From assembly GCA_965603825.1 (NCBI GenBank), contig CBFDEM010000033.1:682001-746000 (forward strand): a DNA stretch of 64,000 bases. The letters are read 5' to 3'. The notes beneath the pieces are model-generated. The model was not told the DNA's origin and ran no database searches. It was given only the letters and a program-made list of their open reading frames with translations. Each line of letters begins with the position of its first letter. Within the stretch, counting starts at the first letter, position 1. Position numbers and translations under genes: made by a program. The DNA comes from Blepharisma stoltei ATCC 30299. Lineage: Eukaryota > Protista > Ciliophora. Below, piece by piece: positions 60,429-64,000 of this stretch.

Positions 60429-62540
60429 TTATCTATGTTTAAGGAACATTTCTTTGGAAACTACTCCCATCAGTTTCCCTCTATAAGCTACATAAATCTG
60501 TGTCAGCCCCAGCATCATAAACAAGAAATGGACTTTCACTAGTGGTGTGTTCTCAGGTATGGACAGTGGCGAATCGTCTAATTGCAAAATGTCCGAAGAA
60601 AACTCTACAGGAGTGCTTAAAAACGAGTCCACTTCTTTCATTTCGCTGTCGTCTCTGCACGCGATGCTTTGCTCATACTCAATATCATCAATTTCATGCA
60701 ATAAATAAGAAAAGTACTTTTCTATATGTGACCGTGAATCACGTGATAGCGTATGCAGCCTTTCTTGATAAACCATCATAATGTACCGTTTAATGTTCGT
60801 TAAGTTTACGTCAAACATTAAATTCATATCATCATCGACGACTGGGATCTTTACTATTGCGCTTTTGCTTTGTTGGATGGCTTTAGCTAGATCTTTTATA
60901 GTAGCCTCGTGAGTTATGAAAGGGTACTGAGGATCCACTGCATCTTTTGCACAGTTAGCGTAGAGTCATGAAGATTTTATAGATGGGAGATAAGGCAGGC
61001 CTTTCATTTCAAGCAAAGAGTCGTAGTAGGAGATCCCAAAGCCAGAACTGATGGAATAGGCAAGCAGAACACCAACCATCATAGGCAAAAAATAGTGGAT
61101 CTGGCCAGTCAGCTCAAACACAATGATAGCAATTGATAAAGTATGGGTAACAGACGAAGTCAATGCAGCTGCTCCTACAACTGCGTAAACTCCTCTATAC
61201 TCAGTCCCAAAAATTGAGTCTAAAATCTGTCCAAAAAGTCTACCAAAAGTACTCCCCGCAGCAAAAATTGGCACAAAAACACCGCAAGGTATTTGGCAGC
61301 TGATACTTAAGCTTGTAAGCAGCAGCTTCGTGATCACATAAATAAAGAGATTCAAGCTAAGAGTCGGCTTGCTCCAATACGTTTTTTCATAAGTAGTCAG
61401 ATTGTCAGCCCTGAACATCTGATTAATCACAATTTTATCATGAAGCTGCATATAAGGAAGCATATAAGTAAGAATCCCACATATGGCGCCTACAAAAAGT
61501 GTGTACCTAAATCTCGTATGAATCGCTGGGTATTTTAAATTTTTTCTATTATAAATCATTTTCCCTGTAAATTTAATGAAAAATGCTCCTACAAATCCAC
61601 ATAAAGTTCCTAACAATGTGAATCCGAAAATTTCGTAGCCGAACTCAATAGGGTCTAGCTTGGTTAGGTTAATTAAATCAGTGACTTCTCCACTTCTAAA
61701 CAGGTCAAAGCCAATCACACACCAAACAGCACAAAAAATGCCCTTTCACAGGTTACTGACATAGTAATAAGTTGCAGTGACTTCTATACTAAACAGCACT
61801 CCTCCTACCGGGGCTCCAAAAGCTGCAGCAACTCCAGCAGCTACTGATGCACCCATGATTTGGTTCCTCAATGTCAAATTCTATATATTGTTTACAGTTC
61901 TCAAGTGTCTGAAAATCCGATATTTCGTTAATTTGTGGGCAATGATCCCAGCTACATGCACAAAGGGTCCTTCTCGTCCTATGCTCAATCCTGCAGCAGA
62001 TCCTGCTATAAGCCCTGTAAATTTGGCTATAAAAGTCTGAGTGCTTAAACAATGAGGCAGCTTTACACCTGCAATGATTGCTTTCATCTCAGGAATCCCT
62101 GATCCTTCAGCATCTGGGCTGATTCATTTAGTTGTAGCAGCGGCAAGTCAGGAAAGAGCCAGGGTGTAGAGCATCCATATGCAGAAATTCCAAAAGCCAC
62201 TTTCAGTGCTTGCAAAAAACTCACGAGTATCCATCAATTTTTCAGAGAGATAGTCGACACAAAACGCAATTACTGAAGACAAAAGCCCGAGGATCATCAG
62301 GACGATTCATACAGAAGGGTTGAGGATGCTGAAGCCTGTGAGGAATCGGTGGATCTTAGAAAGGGCGGTCAGGTTTTCTTCAAATGTGGGATTCTTGATC
62401 TGGTCGATGCTAGTAAAGAAGTCAGTAAGGATGTACTTGGAGCGGCTTTGATTTGGGGGCTGAGATGCAAAATTTATGTTTCTACCTGAGACCTCGATAT
62501 TTTTCATTTCGTTAGTGGAGTGAGGAGATTCATCTTCCAT
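60429..62540 (-). CDS. CLC chloride channel (ClC-1/ClC-2-like) with CBS domains, 1 intron, ~698 aa
   Basis: GSGIPE, GREGP, GGVLFSIEV, GVFVP and VFELTGQ motifs, plus a C-terminal CBS region. 5 TGA(Trp); intron at 61881-61895. An alternative upstream ATG lies at 62579. Confidence 0.92.
61881..61895 (-). other. 15-nt spliceosomal intron
   Basis: GTAAACAATATATAG; removes an in-frame TAG. Confidence 0.88.
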
Positions 62541-62822
62541 TCTAAATATTTTTAACAATTTAATAGTGTCTTCTTGCATTTATATCATAATATTATGCTG
62601 GAATTATGGAAAAAGAATAAACATTAAATTATAATTTAAATAATCATAATTGAGCTTGTATCAATTCTGTATAAAAAAATAAATCTTTTATAGCTTTGCT
62701 ATTGCAAAATTATTATTTAAATCTAGAAAGGAATGCCTTTTTGATGTTATAAGTAAATCTAGAAAAAATAATCTCATAGCCGTTACTCATTATAAAATAA
62801 AAGAGAAATCTTAAATACTAGC

Positions 62823-64000
62823 CTATTTTGTCTTGCGTTTTGCTTCTCCTTTACTCACAAATGGTTTTCCAAATGCCTTAATAACTCCCCATAGCACAAT
62901 TATGTACCCAAAAATCCCCAAAAATATATAAAGGTCAAGGATTGCAGGCTTCACTTTATAAACGCTCAAATTTTCTCCTTTGGTATTATAAAGTGTATAG
63001 TCAGTGACTGGGTATTTCTGGACCTTAAAAGTGCTGTTTGTAAGCTCATTGAGTGTCTCCTTCAAAAGCTTTGGAAATTCAGCCCCAGGTGCCAACTTGG
63101 TAGTAAATCTTGTATAGTTGCCTAATTTTTCCACCCAAAATCCTATGCTTTCTTTAGAAGTCAGCTCAGCTTTGTTATAAACCACCAAATTTCCGTCATC
63201 TCTGCTATACAAAAACCTAGTCAAGCTTTCTGCGATAAACCTTATATTTCTTTCAATTGCATCAATATCAATATTTTCTTTATTATCATATAGAGAGCTT
63301 CTGTCAATAAAACTTGTGCTTGCTGCAGGTAGATGTGAAAGAGTCGCTGACAGAACTTTTTTCTTTGCAAAGTTTTCATGCTGCCATGGGATAAAAGAAT
63401 CAGCCATGTTGATTTTTTTCTTCATATAGTTAAGCGCAGTTCCAGTGATGCTAGAAGTCTTGTTAAAATCTGCATACAGCTTTGCAATATCAGCTTCATT
63501 TTCTTTGCTAGGGAATCTTGACACGTGGAAAGTCAGGTCACTTCCTTTGCCAAGAGTATCCAAACAAAGCGCGAATTTGATATTCCCAATTATTTGTTGC
63601 AGCTCTGCATCTTCTGAATCAAGCCAGTTTCTGAGGCCTTGGAAGTTTAGAGTCCCAGTTGAGGTCAAAACAAGCAATAAATTATAAGCTGGAGGGGATG
63701 TGCTGAATAATTTTCTGAAATACTTTGTGAGTTCTAAGATGGTAATGACTCCGCTGCCATTTGCGTCCATTCCTTGGGAAAGCTCAGGGACAATTGAGAA
63801 GGCGTCATAATAAGTCACTAAAGCAATTGTAGGGAGAGCTTCGGAATATTCATAGACGAAGCCGTAGTAATTTTCTTGTGCCAGGCCTTTAGCGGCTGGC
63901 TTCTCATCAGTGCTTAGTGAAAACTGAAGCTGATCAATGTCGCTGCCTTGATCGCCTTTTTGCTGCTGCAAGTAGTTGTAAATGTCCATCACTTCTGGTG
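62823..64000 (-). CDS. NCLN: Nicalin (3' part; starts beyond the window end)
   Basis: LPTIALVTYYDAFS..GMDANGSGVITILEL, CLDTLG, KKINMA..WQHE, a C-terminal TM and a basic tail. Confidence 0.85.
   Translation of the reverse strand, partial: PEVMDIYNYLQQQKGDQGSDIDQLQFSLSTDEKPAAKGLAQENYYGFVYEYSEALPTIALVTYYDAFSIVPELSQGMDANGSGVITILELTKYFRKLFSTSPPAYNLLLVLTSTGTLNFQGLRNWLDSEDAELQQIIGNIKFALCLDTLGKGSDLTFHVSRFPSKENEADIAKLYADFNKTSSITGTALNYMKKKINMADSFIPWQHENFAKKKVLSATLSHLPAASTSFIDRSSLYDNKENIDIDAIERNIRFIAESLTRFLYSRDDGNLVVYNKAELTSKESIGFWVEKLGNYTRFTTKLAPGAEFPKLLKETLNELTNSTFKVQKYPVTDYTLYNTKGENLSVYKVKPAILDLYIFLGIFGYIIVLWGVIKAFGKPFVSKGEAKRKTK

Overview
AT-rich, gene-dense eukaryotic DNA, almost certainly a heterotrich ciliate macronuclear chromosome of the Blepharisma type. 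The supplied ORF track is fragmented for two reasons. First, TGA is read as Trp: same-frame ORF pieces join at TGA, often exactly at conserved Trp positions, and real genes end in TAA/TAG. Second, genes contain tiny 15/16-nt GT-AG introns with a conserved A 6-7 nt from the 3' end. Re-reading the window this way gives about 21 protein genes: an ABHD-type hydrolase (partial), a highly degenerate dynein-heavy-chain-like gene, a TTLL, ATG11/FIP200-like, LMBR1-family, a coiled-coil protein, NudE-like, a PERK-like kinase, a Kelch-MORC-like gene, a LOG2/MGRN1-like RING, an MPPED-like phosphoesterase, a large kinase/pseudophosphatase, a small CaaX protein, a CDKL kinase, an HRD1-like RING, a mitochondrial carrier, DYNC2H1, a CLC channel, nicalin (partial) and two unknowns. 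There are also two pseudogenes (TCTP and a CDKL duplicate). The most notable observations are a 3548-aa dynein-like protein with a destroyed AAA1 site, a Kelch-MORC fusion with an apparently dead GHKL ATPase, an unannotated ~300-nt structured RNA candidate with a loop-loop pairing at 24.4-24.8 kb, and a TCTP pseudogene with IES-like TA junctions. All family calls come from motif recognition by eye; no searches were run.
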